From NCBI GenBank assembly GCA_963779415.1, contig CAVZYA010000002.1, forward strand, positions 928,001-992,000: a stretch of DNA of 64,000 nt, in the 5' to 3' direction. Below, piece after piece: positions 1 through 10,490 of the stretch. The position numbers were made by a program, and so were the translations under genes. Every line of letters starts with the position of its first letter. Position 1 is the stretch's first letter. The stretch comes from an uncultured Acidobacteriota bacterium (lineage in GTDB: Bacteria; Acidobacteriota; Thermoanaerobaculia; UBA5066). A model generated the notes under the pieces. It ran no database searches. It saw only the letters and a program-made list of their open reading frames with translations, and was not told where the DNA came from.

Positions 1-537
1 GCTTCTTCCATCCCCGTTCCCGTGACCCTCACGAAGCTCTTTTTCATCTTTCTGAAGATCGGCGCCGTCGTCTTCGGAAGCGGGTACGTCCTTCTGGCCT
101 TTCTCAGAGCCGACTTCGTGGAGGGGACACGCTGGCTGACCGAGGCCCGGCTTCTGGATGCCGTCGCGGTCGGGCAGGTCACGCCGGGACCTGTCTTCAC
201 GACCGCGACCTTCATCGGCTACCTCCTCGCGGGGCTTCCCGGGGCGGCCGTGGCGACCGTTGCGATCTTCCTTCCGTCCTTCTTCCTGGTGGCCCTGAGC
301 GGTCCCCTCGTCCCGCGGCTTCGTACGTCGCCGATGGCGGCGGCCATTCTCGACGGCGTGAATGCGGGAGCCGTGGCGGTAATCCTCGTCGTCGGTCTGC
401 AGCTCGGGCGGACGGCCCTCGTCGACGGGACGACGATCGCCCTGGCGGCGGCCGGGTTCCTCGTCCTCGTGGTCCTCAGGCCCAATTCCGCCTGGCTGGT
501 CCTGGCCGGCGCTCTTGTGGGATGGTTGAGGGGCTGA
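1..537 (+). CDS. chrA: Chromate efflux transporter, C-terminal part (truncated by window edge)
   Basis: FLKIGAVVFGSGYV and GQVTPGP motifs of the CHR family; frame is open to position 1. Confidence 0.9.
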   Translation, partial: ASSIPVPVTLTKLFFIFLKIGAVVFGSGYVLLAFLRADFVEGTRWLTEARLLDAVAVGQVTPGPVFTTATFIGYLLAGLPGAAVATVAIFLPSFFLVALSGPLVPRLRTSPMAAAILDGVNAGAVAVILVVGLQLGRTALVDGTTIALAAAGFLVLVVLRPNSAWLVLAGALVGWLRG

Positions 538-549
538 AGGAGGTCCGAA

Positions 550-1023
550 ATGATGAGAGACGTGGGGGCGAAGGCGGCGGCGGTTTCCGACCGGCCTCTC
601 GCGGGCATTCTCCTGATCCGGCTGGCGGTCGGTCTGATCTTCTTCACCCAGGGGATCCTGAAGTTCACCGACCCGAACATGGGGATCGTCCGCTTCACCC
701 GCATCGGTTTTCCGGTCCCCGGCTTTACGGCAGAGTTCGTCGGCGCCTTCGAGATCGTCTGCGGGCTTCTCGTTCTTCTCGGCCTTCGGACGCGGGTGGC
801 GGCGCTGCCGCTTTTGATCGTCATTTCGACCGCGATCGCCACGACGAAGATCCCGGAGCTCTTTCGGACGGGTCAGGGCTTCTGGTACATGGTGAGCGAT
901 GCGCGGACCGACTTCGCGATGTTCTGCTCCCTGCTTTTCCTGCTCCTTGCGGGGGGCGGGAGCTGGTCGCTGGATGCCCTTGGCCGTCGCCGCGAGGAGA
1001 GCCAGGGCTCGACCACGTCGTAG
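550..1023 (+). CDS. DoxX family membrane protein
   Basis: RLAVGLIFFTQGILK, EIVCGLLVLLGLRTR and GGGSWSLD DoxX pattern; AAGGAGG SD upstream. Confidence 0.85.
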   Translation: MMRDVGAKAAAVSDRPLAGILLIRLAVGLIFFTQGILKFTDPNMGIVRFTRIGFPVPGFTAEFVGAFEIVCGLLVLLGLRTRVAALPLLIVISTAIATTKIPELFRTGQGFWYMVSDARTDFAMFCSLLFLLLAGGGSWSLDALGRRREESQGSTTS

Positions 1024-1045
1024 AGGAAGCCCGGGTCGGTCTCCG

Positions 1046-1121
1046 AGAAAGAAAAATGCCCTCCCGCCGTCCGGAGGTTTGGCCCGCGTGGGGCGGGCAG
1101 GGGGGTGGACGGCGGGAGGGC
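1046..1121 (-). terminator. Intrinsic terminator of the nifJ-DHODH-like operon (may also act on the + strand)
   Basis: Perfect 15-bp inverted repeat GCCCTCCCGCCGTCC (1058-1072) / GGACGGCGGGAGGGC (1107-1121), followed on the minus strand by ATTTTTCTTTCT; lies between convergent genes. Confidence 0.75.
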
Positions 1122-1144
1122 GGGGGGGCGTCAGGAACCGCGCG

Positions 1145-2152
1145 TCAGGACATGGCCTCCACCTTGAATGACTGGAGGATCCGCATGTAGTTCGCGCGCT
1201 CGAAGGACGAGGGGTCCGGGCTCTTGAGAAGGCTCATCGAGCCCTTCATCTGGGAGACCGATTCGTATTCGTGCTTCTGCATCCAGGCGGTGAAGTCGTT
1301 CCTCACGACGGCGAGCTGTTTCGGTCCGCGCCGGAGGATGGCCGAGACCATCTGAACGGCATCCGCGCCCGTCATGACCGCCTTCACGGCGTCGAGCCCG
1401 GTGTGGACCCCTCCCGAGACGGCGAGGCTCGCCCGGAGACGGCCGGCGAGGATGGCGAGCCACCGGAGGCGCAGGAGCAGCTCCGAGGAGTCGGAGAGGG
1501 AGAGGGAGGGGACGACCTCCAGCTCCTCGGGGTCGAGATCGGGCTGGTAGAAGCGGTTGAAGAGGACGAGCCCGTCCACCTTCAGCCGGTCCAGCTCGCT
1601 CGCGAAGTGGCCGAGGGAGGAGAAGAAGGGCGCGAGCTTGACCGCGAGAGGGATCTTCACGCCGTTCTTGACGGCGTGGACCATCTCGAGGATCCGGCGC
1701 TCGACGAGGCTTCCCGCTTCCCACGATTTCGCGGCGAGGTAGTAGACGTTCAGCTCGAGGGCGTCGGCGCCGGCCTGCTCGATCTTCTGGGCGTACTCGA
1801 GCCAGCCGCCGAGCGTGACGCCGTTGAGCGACGCGATGACGGGGAGCTTGACGGCCGACTTGATCTTCTGGATCTGCTCGAGGTACTGCTCCGGCCCGAG
1901 GCGGTACTCCTCGGGCTCGGGGAAATACGAAAGCGCCTCGGCGAACGCCGCGGCGTGAATCTCCATCGCCTCGATCGTCCCGATCTGCTCCCGGGTGATC
2001 TGCTCCTCGAAGAGCGAGTGCATGACGATGGCCGAAGCGCCCGCGTCCTCGAGCCGCCGCACCGTGTCGAGGTCGTCGACCATCGGCGAGGCGCCGGGCA
2101 TGAACGGGTGGGGGAGCTTGAGGCCGAGATACGTGGTCGAGAGATCCATCAT
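1145..2152 (-). CDS. Dihydroorotate dehydrogenase-like flavoprotein (PFOR-associated subfamily)
   Basis: DLSTTYLGLKLPHP, SLFEEQI, ALELN, LFNRFYQPD, SGGVH and FERANY motifs; directly downstream of nifJ. Confidence 0.85.
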   Translation of the reverse strand: MMDLSTTYLGLKLPHPFMPGASPMVDDLDTVRRLEDAGASAIVMHSLFEEQITREQIGTIEAMEIHAAAFAEALSYFPEPEEYRLGPEQYLEQIQKIKSAVKLPVIASLNGVTLGGWLEYAQKIEQAGADALELNVYYLAAKSWEAGSLVERRILEMVHAVKNGVKIPLAVKLAPFFSSLGHFASELDRLKVDGLVLFNRFYQPDLDPEELEVVPSLSLSDSSELLLRLRWLAILAGRLRASLAVSGGVHTGLDAVKAVMTGADAVQMVSAILRRGPKQLAVVRNDFTAWMQKHEYESVSQMKGSMSLLKSPDPSSFERANYMRILQSFKVEAMS

Positions 2153-2159
2153 CCCCTCC

Positions 2160-5100
2160 TCACGCCTTCGGAGCCACCGGGGCCGCAGAGGCCGGGGCGG
2201 ACGGGGGCGTGATGCCCGCCTTCGTCATCGTGATCCTGGCCAGGTTCTCGTAGATGGCGAAGCGCTCGCGCACATCGCGCTCGGCCTTGTGAAGGAGCAT
2301 GCGGAACCGGACCGGGTCCTGCTGCTCGACCATCCGGAAGCGCGCCTCGTTTCGCATGAACTGCGCGAGCGAGGCCTTGATCGACGTGGAGTCCATGACG
2401 AGCGGCGTCTCGCCCGTCGGAATCCGCCGCGGGTCGAAGCGGTAGAGCGGCCAGTAGCCCGAGTCGACGGCCAGCTTCTGCTGGTCGAGGCTGAACGACA
2501 GGTCGTAGCCGTGGGCGATGCAGGGGCTGTATGCGATGAGCATCGAGGGGCCGGACCAGGAGTCGGCCTCGAGGAATGCTTTCACTGTCTGGTTGTCCTT
2601 GGAGCCGAAGGCGAGGTGTGCGACGTAGACGTGGCCGTACGTCATCGCGAGCATCCCGAGGTCCTTTTTCGGAACCCCCTTGCCGTTCGCGGCGAACTTC
2701 GCCGCAGCCCCCATCGGCGTCGCTTTCGACGCCTGGCCGCCCGTGTTCGAGTAGACCTCGGTGTCGAGGACGAGGACGTTGACGTCCTTGTTGGAGGCGA
2801 GGACGTGGTCGAGGCCGCCGTAGCCGATGTCGTAGGCCCAGCCGTCGCCGCCGACGATCCAGACGCTCTTCTTGACGAGGAAATCGGCGAGCTGGTCGAG
2901 GATCTTTCCGGCCTCGGCCTCCTTCCCGCCGATCCCCTTCAGCTTCGTCCGAAGGGCCGCGACGCGCTGGCGCTGGGCCGCGATGCCGGCCTCGCCCGTC
3001 ATGTCGGCCCCGAGGATCTCCGAGACGAGCGTCTCGCCGAGAGAGGCCGAGAGCGTCTTCAAGAGGTGCGTCGCGTAGTCCTTCTGCGAGTCGATCGCGA
3101 GGCGGTACCCGAAGCCGAACTCGGCGTTGTCCTCGAAGAGCGAGTTGTTCCAGGCCGGCCCCCGCCCGTCGCGGTTCGTCGCGTACGGGGTCGTCGGGAG
3201 GTTCCCGCCGTAGATCGAGGAGCAGCCCGTGGCGTTCGCGATGATCGTCCGGTCGCCGAAGAGCTGCGTCAGGAGCTTGACGTACGGCGTCTCGCCGCAG
3301 CCGGAGCAGGCGCCCGAGAACTCGAAGAGCGGCTCGAGGAACTGCGTCCCCTTCACGTCCATCCGGACCGTGTCGCGCGGCGCCTCGGGGAGGTCGAGGA
3401 AGAAGGCGAAGTTCGCGGCCTCGGCCTCGCGGAGCGGGCGCTGCGGGTGCATGTCGAGAGACTTGTGCTTCGGGTTCGACTTGTCCTTCGCGGGGCAGAC
3501 GGCGACGCAGAGAGTGCAGCCCGTGCAGTCCTCCGGGGCGACCTGGACCGTGTACTTCTGTCCCTTGTACTCCGGCCCCTTGAAGTCCATCGACTTGAAG
3601 GTGGCCGGGGCCTTCCCGAGACGGGCCGGGTCGTAGACCTTCACGCGGATCGCCGCGTGGGGGCAGACCATCGCGCACTTGTTGCACTGGATGCAGATCT
3701 TCTCGTCCCAGACGGGGATGTCGAGGGCGATGTTCCGCTTCTCCCACCTCGCGGTCGCGAGGGGCCACGTCCCGTCGGGAGGAAAGGCGCTGACCGGAAG
3801 GAGGTCCCCCTTGCCCGCCAGCATGACCGCCGAGACGCGCTTGACGAAGTCGGGCGCGGCATCGGAGACGATCGGGGGGCGACGCCGCGTCGCCGTGACC
3901 TTCGGGGGGACCGGCAGCTCGAAAAGGTGCTCGAGGGTGCCGTCGATCGCCGCGAAGTTCTTCTTGACGATCTCGGGTCCCTTCCGGCCGTACGTCTTCT
4001 CGACGGCCTTCTTGATCTCGGCGATCGCGTCCTCGCGCGGAAGGACGCCCGAGATCGCGAAGAAGCAGGTCTGCATGATCGTGTTGATCCGCGCCCCCAT
4101 GCCGAGCTCGCGGGCCACCTTGTAGGCGTCGATGCCAAAGACCCGGAGCTTCCGCTCGACGATCGTCTCCTGCATCTCGCGGGGGAGAGCGTCCCAGACC
4201 TCCTCCTTCTCCCGACCGACGTTCAGAAGGACGGTGCCCCCCGGTGCCGCGTACTCGAGGACGTCGTACTTGTCGAGGAACGACTCCTGGTGGCAGGCGA
4301 CGAACTTCGCCTTCGTGATGAGGTAGGTCGAGCGGATCGGCTTCGCCGAGAAGCGGAGGTGCGAGATCGTGACCGCGCCCGACTTCTTCGAGTCGTAGAC
4401 GAAATAGCCCTGCGCCTCTTTCCCGGTCTCCTCCCCGATGATCTTGATCGAGTTCTTGTTCGCGCTGACGGTGCCGTCGGCCCCGAGGCCGTAGAAGACG
4501 GCGCGCGAGACCTCGTCGGCCTCCGTGTCCACGTCGGGATCCCACGGGAGGGACGTGTGGGTGACGTCGTCCACGATGCCGACCGTGAAGTGGTTCTTCG
4601 GGGCGCTCTTGCCGAGCTCGTCGAAGACCGCCTTCACCATGGCGGGAGTGAACTCCTTCGACGAGAGGCCGTAGCGCCCGCCGACCACGACCGGGTCCTT
4701 CGCGAACCGGGTCAGGCCGGCGCTCTTCGCCTCCACGAGGCCCGTCACGACGTCCATGTAGAGCGGGTCGCCGATGGCGCCCGGCTCCTTCGTCCGGTCG
4801 AGGACGGCGATCGACTTCACGGTCTTCGGAAGCGCCGCGAGGAAGGCCGGGATGTCGAACGGGCGGTAGAGGCGGACCTTGACGATCCCCACCTTCTCGC
4901 CGCGGGCGACCATCCACTCCACGGCCTCGTGCGCCGCCTCGGCGCCCGAGCCCATCAGGACGACGACCCGCTCGGCCTCCGGGTGCCCCACGTAATCGAA
5001 GAGGCGGTAGGCGCGTCCGGTCCGCTTCGCGAAGCGGTCCATCTCCTGCTGGACGATCCCGGCGCAGGCGCGCGTACCAGCGGTTGCAGGCCTCGCGGGC

Positions 5101-5784
5101 CTGGAAAAACGCGTCGGGGTTCTGCGCCGAGCCGCGGAGGACCGGACGGTCGGGCGAAAGGGCCCGCCCCTTGTGCGCGGCGATCGCCTCGGGATCGAGA
5201 AGGGCACGAAGATCCTCGTCCGCGAGCTCCTCGATCTTGGAGACCTCGTGGGAGGTCCGGAAGCCGTCGAAGAAGTGGAGGAACGGGACGCGCGACTTCA
5301 GGGTCGCCATCTGCCCGATGGCGGCGAAGTCGTGCGCCTCCTGAACGGAGTTCGAGCTGAGCATGGCGAAGCCGGTCTGCCGGCAGGCCATGACGTCCGA
5401 GTGGTCCCCGAAGATCGAGAGGGCGTGCGTGGCGACGGTGCGGGCCGCCACGTGCATGCAGTAGGAGGTCAGCTCCCCCGCGATCTTGTACATGTTGGGG
5501 ATCATCAGGAGGAGGCCCTGCGCGGCGGTGAACGTCGTGGCCAGCGCCCCGGCCTGGAGCGCGCCGTGGACGGCGCCCGCGGCGCCCCCCTCCGACTGCA
5601 TCTCGACGACCTCGGGAACGTTCCCCCAGATGTTCTTCATCCCCTTGGAGGACCACTCGTCGGCCCACTCGCCCATGTTCGAGGAGGGGGTGATCGGATA
5701 GATGGCGATGACCTCGTTCGTCCGGTGGGCGACCGAGGCGACGGCTTCATTCCCGTCAAGGGCGATCGAACGGCGTTCTGTCAT
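2160..5784 (-). CDS. nifJ: Pyruvate:ferredoxin/flavodoxin oxidoreductase (one frameshift near 5070)
   Basis: YPITPSS and MQSEGGA in the 5784 frame; CIQCNKC, DCTGCTLC, GACSGCGETPY and GGDGWAYDIG in the 2160 frame; removing one base in GCGCGC near 5066-5074 joins them. Confidence 0.95.
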
Positions 5785-5969
5785 AAAGGACCCCCCGTAA
5801 CGGACGGATCATTCGACGGAGCCCTCGTGCCGGCCATGATCCGAATGAATCAGTGAAGAATCAGGAGTTTACGGGTCCGCGGACGCACGGCGGAATCCCG
5901 CAGGATCCGCCGTTCGTATAAGCTTTCTGCATTCGGCGCTTCCTCTCCGGGGGAGCGCGGAGGTTTTCG

Positions 5970-6830
5970 ATGAACCAACTGAAGACACTGATCCTTCTGG
6001 CGGCCCTGACGGCCCTGCTCCTCTGGCTCGGCCAGCTCATCGGCGGCCAGCAGGGAATGATGATCGCGCTCGTGATGGCGCTCGTCATGAACTTCGGGAG
6101 CTACTGGTTTTCGGACAAGATCGTCCTCGCGATGTACGGAGCTCAGCCGGTGTCCGAGGCCGACGCGCCCGAGCTCTTCACGATCGTCCGGAATCTCGCC
6201 CAGAAGACCGGCATTCCGATGCCGAAGGTCTACATCATTCCCGAAGAGGCTCCGAACGCCTTCGCGACCGGCCGGAACCCCGACCACGCGGCCGTTGCCG
6301 CGACGCAGGGGCTCCTTCGCCTGATGAGTCGCGAGGAGATCGAAGGGGTCCTCGCCCACGAGCTGGGGCACGTGAAGCACCGTGACACTCTCATCATGGC
6401 GGTGGCCGCGACGATGGCCGGCGCCCTGTCGCAGCTCGCAACGATGGCGCTCTGGTTCGGCGGAGGACGTGGCAGCAATGACCGCGAGGGGGGGAACCCG
6501 ATCGCAGGCCTCATCGGCATCCTCGTCGCGCCCTTCGCCGCGATGCTCATCCAGATGGCCATCTCGCGGTCGCGCGAGTTCCTCGCGGACGAGGCGAGCG
6601 CGCAGATCACCGGGAACCCGATGGAGCTCGCGGGCGCCCTGAAGAAACTCGAGGCGTGGAAGGCCGAGGTGCCGATGACGCACGGCTCGCCCGCCACCGC
6701 GCACCTCTTCATCGTGAACCCGTTCTCGGGCGGTGCGATCGCCGGCCTCTTCTCCACCCACCCCTCGACGCAGCAGCGGATCGAGCGGCTGGAGGCGATG
6801 GCGCGAACCGGAGGAATCCGGCCGGCGTAA
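5970..6830 (+). CDS. htpX: Zinc metalloprotease HtpX (M48)
   Basis: [24 protein letters not shown] and FSTHP motifs. Confidence 0.95.
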   Translation: MNQLKTLILLAALTALLLWLGQLIGGQQGMMIALVMALVMNFGSYWFSDKIVLAMYGAQPVSEADAPELFTIVRNLAQKTGIPMPKVYIIPEEAPNAFATGRNPDHAAVAATQGLLRLMSREEIEGVLAHELGHVKHRDTLIMAVAATMAGALSQLATMALWFGGGRGSNDREGGNPIAGLIGILVAPFAAMLIQMAISRSREFLADEASAQITGNPMELAGALKKLEAWKAEVPMTHGSPATAHLFIVNPFSGGAIAGLFSTHPSTQQRIERLEAMARTGGIRPA

Positions 6831-7856
6831 GTGTCTGCCAACGTCATCCTCTTCCCCTTTGCCGAGTACTGGTGGGTCTATGGGCTCTTCCTTCTCGTCG
6901 TTCTTGCCATGCTCGCGCTCGACCTCGGCGTGTTCCACCGGAAGACGCACGCTGTCTCCTTCCGCGAGGCGGCGGTCTGGAGCGTCGTCTGGGTCGCCCT
7001 CTCGCTCGCCGTCGGCGCGGCAATCTGGAAGTACGCCGAGTGGCGGTTTCCCCAGGTGCCGCGCCTCACGTCGCTTCCGGGATTCGTCCCCGAAACGGCG
7101 GCCTGGCAGACCTTCCTCGAATACCTGACGGGCTACGTCGTCGAGAAGTCGCTCTCCGTCGACAACGTGTTCATCTTTGCCGTCGTTTTCGGCTTCTTCG
7201 CGATCCCCGCGGAGCTGCAGCACCGGGTCCTGTTCTGGGGGATCCTCGGCGCCCTCGTCTTCCGGGCGGCCTTCATCGCTCTTGGTGCGGTTCTCCTGTC
7301 GATCCACTGGGTCCTCTGGGTGTTCGGCGGCTTGCTCGTCCTGACGGGGCTGAAGATCCTCGTCGCCCCCGACAAGCCGATCGACCCCGGGCGGAACCTC
7401 GTCATCCGGCTCGTGAAGAAGCTCGTCCCGGTGACGCACGAGCTGAAGGGCCCCGCTTTCTTCATCCGGGAGGCCGGGCGCCTCGTTGCGACGCCGCTCT
7501 TCCTGACCCTCTTCTTCATCGAGTTCACGGACGTCGTCTTCGCGATCGACTCGGTCCCGGCCATCTTCGCCATCACGGACGAGCCCCTCATCGTCTTCAC
7601 GTCGAACATCTGCGCCATCCTCGGCCTCCGCGCGATGTTCTTCCTGCTGTCGGGGGCGGTCGGAAAGTTCCACCTTCTGAAGTACGGCCTCGGAACGGTT
7701 CTCGTCTTCGTCGGCCTGAAGATGGCGTGGCTGAACGAGGCCTTCGGCGGGAAGTTCCCGGTGACCTGGTCGCTCGGCATCATCGCCGTCCTGATCGGCG
7801 GGGCGATCGCGGCGTCGTTTCTCTTCCCGAAGCGCAACGCCGGAACGTCCGGCTAG
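6831..7856 (+). CDS. TerC/Alx family membrane protein
   Basis: EKSLSVDNVF, QHRVLFWGILGA, DVVFAIDSVPA and SNICAILGLRAM; abuts the htpX stop codon. Confidence 0.92.
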   Translation: MSANVILFPFAEYWWVYGLFLLVVLAMLALDLGVFHRKTHAVSFREAAVWSVVWVALSLAVGAAIWKYAEWRFPQVPRLTSLPGFVPETAAWQTFLEYLTGYVVEKSLSVDNVFIFAVVFGFFAIPAELQHRVLFWGILGALVFRAAFIALGAVLLSIHWVLWVFGGLLVLTGLKILVAPDKPIDPGRNLVIRLVKKLVPVTHELKGPAFFIREAGRLVATPLFLTLFFIEFTDVVFAIDSVPAIFAITDEPLIVFTSNICAILGLRAMFFLLSGAVGKFHLLKYGLGTVLVFVGLKMAWLNEAFGGKFPVTWSLGIIAVLIGGAIAASFLFPKRNAGTSG

Positions 7857-8530
7857 TCCGGGAGGACGACCTCCGTCCGGCGGTTCCGCGCGCGCCCGTC
7901 GGGGGTGTCGTTCGGTGCGATCCCGAACTCCTTCCCGAAGCCGCGTGTCTTGAGACGCGAGCGGGGAACGCCGCGGCTTTCGAGATACGTCACGACGGCG
8001 ACGGCCCTCGCGAGAGAGAGCCGGTCGTTCAGCTCGTCGCTTCCGGTCGAGTCGGTGAAGCCGCAGACGATGGCTTCCGTCTTCGGAAAGTACGTGGTCA
8101 GGATCTCCGCCTGCTTGTCGAGGACGGGGAAGGCTTCCTCCTTCAGCTCCGCCTTTCCGGAGTCGAAGGAGACCTTCTCGGCGTACTCGAAGACGAGAAG
8201 GCGCGTGAGGCCGAGCCGGCGGGCGAGCGGGGAGGGACCGTCGCTCCCGAGCCGGAAGACGACCTCGGCCTTCTCGGGCGAGAGGATCCGGACCCGCTTC
8301 TCGACGGTCTCGAGGTCGCCCCGGACGGCCACGAGGGCGGCGAGGTCGGCGTAGGTCTCGAGGCTCACGGTGCGAGGCGCCGGGCCGAGGCTCTTTCCGC
8401 GCAGCTTCACCTCGGCGCCCGCCGGATCGCTCGTCACGTCCACCGCCATCCGCATGGCGACTTTCTTCTCGGCACAGGCGACGAGCGCCGCTGCGAGAAG
8501 GACGAGAGCGGAGAGGGCGACTCGCCGCAC
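7853..8530 (-). CDS. PEGA + OmpA-like peptidoglycan-binding lipoprotein
   Basis: Lipobox LVAC after GTG at 8530; VTSDPAGAEV (PEGA-like); GFTDSTG, LSLARA and RNRR (OmpA C-terminal). Confidence 0.85.
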   Translation of the reverse strand: MRRVALSALVLLAAALVACAEKKVAMRMAVDVTSDPAGAEVKLRGKSLGPAPRTVSLETYADLAALVAVRGDLETVEKRVRILSPEKAEVVFRLGSDGPSPLARRLGLTRLLVFEYAEKVSFDSGKAELKEEAFPVLDKQAEILTTYFPKTEAIVCGFTDSTGSDELNDRLSLARAVAVVTYLESRGVPRSRLKTRGFGKEFGIAPNDTPDGRARNRRTEVVLPD

Positions 8531-8556
8531 GGGAGGAGTATAGGAGCGTCCCCCGG

Positions 8557-10158
8557 TCAGAAGCTGACGGAGGCGGCGAAGCGCCCCTCGACGGGCTTGC
8601 CATCCGCGGCCATCGCCGGCTTGTAACGCGCCTTCCGGACGGCGGCGAGGACGACGGCGTCGCACTCGGAGATACCGGACGAGGAGATCACCTTCGCGCT
8701 CGCAAGCGATCCTCCCTCGGCCACGACGAGGGAGAGGCCGACGGTCTTACCCGCGCAGGGGGCCACGAGCAGGCCCGGCAGCGTCAGGACGGGGGGCTCC
8801 TCGAAGTCCGGCGGGTACTTCGCGCGACGCTCCTCGGCGGGAGGCGCTGTCGCGGAGGGGCGCGCCGCGGCGCGCCGGGCCGGTACGGTGGCGAAGAGCG
8901 CCGGCACCGCTCCTCCCGCGACGGTCGACGTGGCCGCGGGGGCGGGCGCCGCCTGCGGTGCTGCCGTCGCCGTCGCCGAAGGGGTCGACGCGGCAGGTGT
9001 CGGGATCCGGAGACGGCTTTCGGGAACCGGAGGGGTCTCGGCGGATGTGGGCGCGACGCGTCCGCTCCTCCGGATGAAGGAGAAGATGACGACGACCGCG
9101 ATGGCGGCGAGGGCGAGGGAGAGAAGCCGCGCCCGTCTCCGGAAGAACGGAGCTTCGAAGGTGCCGGCGGCGCCCGCGGGGACGCTTGCGCTCGCGGAAG
9201 GAGGGATGCCGGCGACGACCGGTGCGGGCGCGGGCGCCGGCGCGGGGGCCGAGACGGGGACGGGTAGAAAGCCGGTCGAAGGCTCACGGCCGGAGACGCC
9301 GTTTTCGGGGTACGCCCGCGCGAGAAAGCCTTCGAGGGCCGCTTTCATCTCGCGGGCGTCGGCATAGCGGGCCGAGCGGTCGCGCGCGAGGACCTTCAGG
9401 ACGATCCGCTCCATCTCCGGGTCGATCCCCGGGACGCGCTTCGAGAGGGGCTCGACCTCCTCGGAGATCCTCCGGAGGGCTGTCGCGACGGGCTCCTCGG
9501 AGTCGAAGGGGACCGAATCGGTGAGCGCTTCGTAGAGGGTGATTCCGAGGGAATAGAGATCGCTCCGGCGGTCGACGGGCTCCCCGCGGAGCTGCTCGGG
9601 AGAGAGATAGCCGGGGGAGCCGAGGACGAAGCCGGTCACCGTCCGCGCGATCCCGCCGCTGACCTTGGCGATTCCGAAATCCGAGAGGATCGGGCGGCCG
9701 CCCGGATCGAGCAGGACGTTCCCCGGCTTGATGTCCCGGTGGACGACGCCGCGCCCGTGGGCGTAGTCGAGCGCGTCGAGGAGCGGCACCGCGAGGCGCG
9801 CGACCTCCTCCTCGTGAAGCCGGCCGTGCCGTTCGAGCTTCAGGGCGAGGGAGGGCCCGTCGACGAAGCTCATCGTGTACCAGAGGAGATCGCCCGCGCT
9901 CCCGAAGTCGTGGACCCGGATGATGGACGGATGCTCGAGGGAGGCGACGATCCGCGCTTCCTGGATGAAGCGCTCCATGAACCCCGCCGTCGCCGCGCGG
10001 GTCTCGTTCAGGACCTTGAGCGCCTCGAACCGCTCGAGGTTGCGGTTTCGGACCTTGTAGACGGACGCGAACCCGCCGACCCCGAGGAGCCCGAGAACCT
10101 CGTAGCGCTCTCCGAGGAGATCCTGGACCTGCCGTCCCCGCGCGTCGATCGGCTGCAC
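8557..10158 (-). CDS. Hanks-type Ser/Thr kinase with TM helix, Pro/Ala linker and TonB C-terminal-like domain
   Basis: GVGGFASVY, ALK, HRDIKPGN, DFG and YLSPEQ; C-terminal VISSSG..CDAVVLAAVRKARYKPA..DGKPV. Confidence 0.9.
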   Translation of the reverse strand: MQPIDARGRQVQDLLGERYEVLGLLGVGGFASVYKVRNRNLERFEALKVLNETRAATAGFMERFIQEARIVASLEHPSIIRVHDFGSAGDLLWYTMSFVDGPSLALKLERHGRLHEEEVARLAVPLLDALDYAHGRGVVHRDIKPGNVLLDPGGRPILSDFGIAKVSGGIARTVTGFVLGSPGYLSPEQLRGEPVDRRSDLYSLGITLYEALTDSVPFDSEEPVATALRRISEEVEPLSKRVPGIDPEMERIVLKVLARDRSARYADAREMKAALEGFLARAYPENGVSGREPSTGFLPVPVSAPAPAPAPAPVVAGIPPSASASVPAGAAGTFEAPFFRRRARLLSLALAAIAVVVIFSFIRRSGRVAPTSAETPPVPESRLRIPTPAASTPSATATAAPQAAPAPAATSTVAGGAVPALFATVPARRAAARPSATAPPAEERRAKYPPDFEEPPVLTLPGLLVAPCAGKTVGLSLVVAEGGSLASAKVISSSGISECDAVVLAAVRKARYKPAMAADGKPVEGRFAASVSF

Positions 10159-10217
10159 GGGGGCATCCTATCGCCGGCAGGCGGCGGGCCGACCGGACCC
10201 GCCCCGGCGCGTCGCCT

Positions 10218-10490
10218 TCACCGCCGCCGGCGGGCTCGCTCGTAGATCTCGCGGCGGTGGCCGACCATCACGACGAGGACGACGATCTCGCTCTCGCAGA
10301 TCTCGTAGACGATCCGGTAGTCCCCGACGCGAAATGACCACCACGGGGAGAGCTCGCCGTGAAGCGGCTTCCCGGCCCGGGGCTCTTCAGCGAGCCGTTC
10401 GAGCGCTTTTCGGGCCCGCCGGGCGACGCCGGCGGGGAGCTCGATGAGGTCTCGCGCGGCTCCCGGAAGGTAGAGCAACCGGTAGGACAT
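10218..10490 (-). CDS. Type II TA toxin, RelE/ParE family
   Basis: GKPLHGEL..WSFRVGDYRIVYEI..VGHRREIY. Confidence 0.9.
   Translation of the reverse strand: MSYRLLYLPGAARDLIELPAGVARRARKALERLAEEPRAGKPLHGELSPWWSFRVGDYRIVYEICESEIVVLVVMVGHRREIYERARRRR

Noticed and set aside
5060-5080. Programmed frameshift or pseudogene in nifJ
   Set aside because: There is no slippery heptamer. The single extra base lies in a GC dinucleotide run, consistent with other indel errors in the window.
1995-5360. 1121-aa plus-strand ORF, and similar long shadow ORFs (5850..8603 -, 14282..17752 +, 28105..30525 +, 35942..38071 +, 52770..55019 -)
   Set aside because: These are antisense or alternate-frame shadows of well-supported genes. 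Stop codons are rare at this GC content, and the translations show no recognisable motifs.
6800-6840. yybP-ykoY Mn riboswitch before terC
   Set aside because: terC abuts the htpX stop with no UTR, and I did not recognise the motif upstream of htpX.
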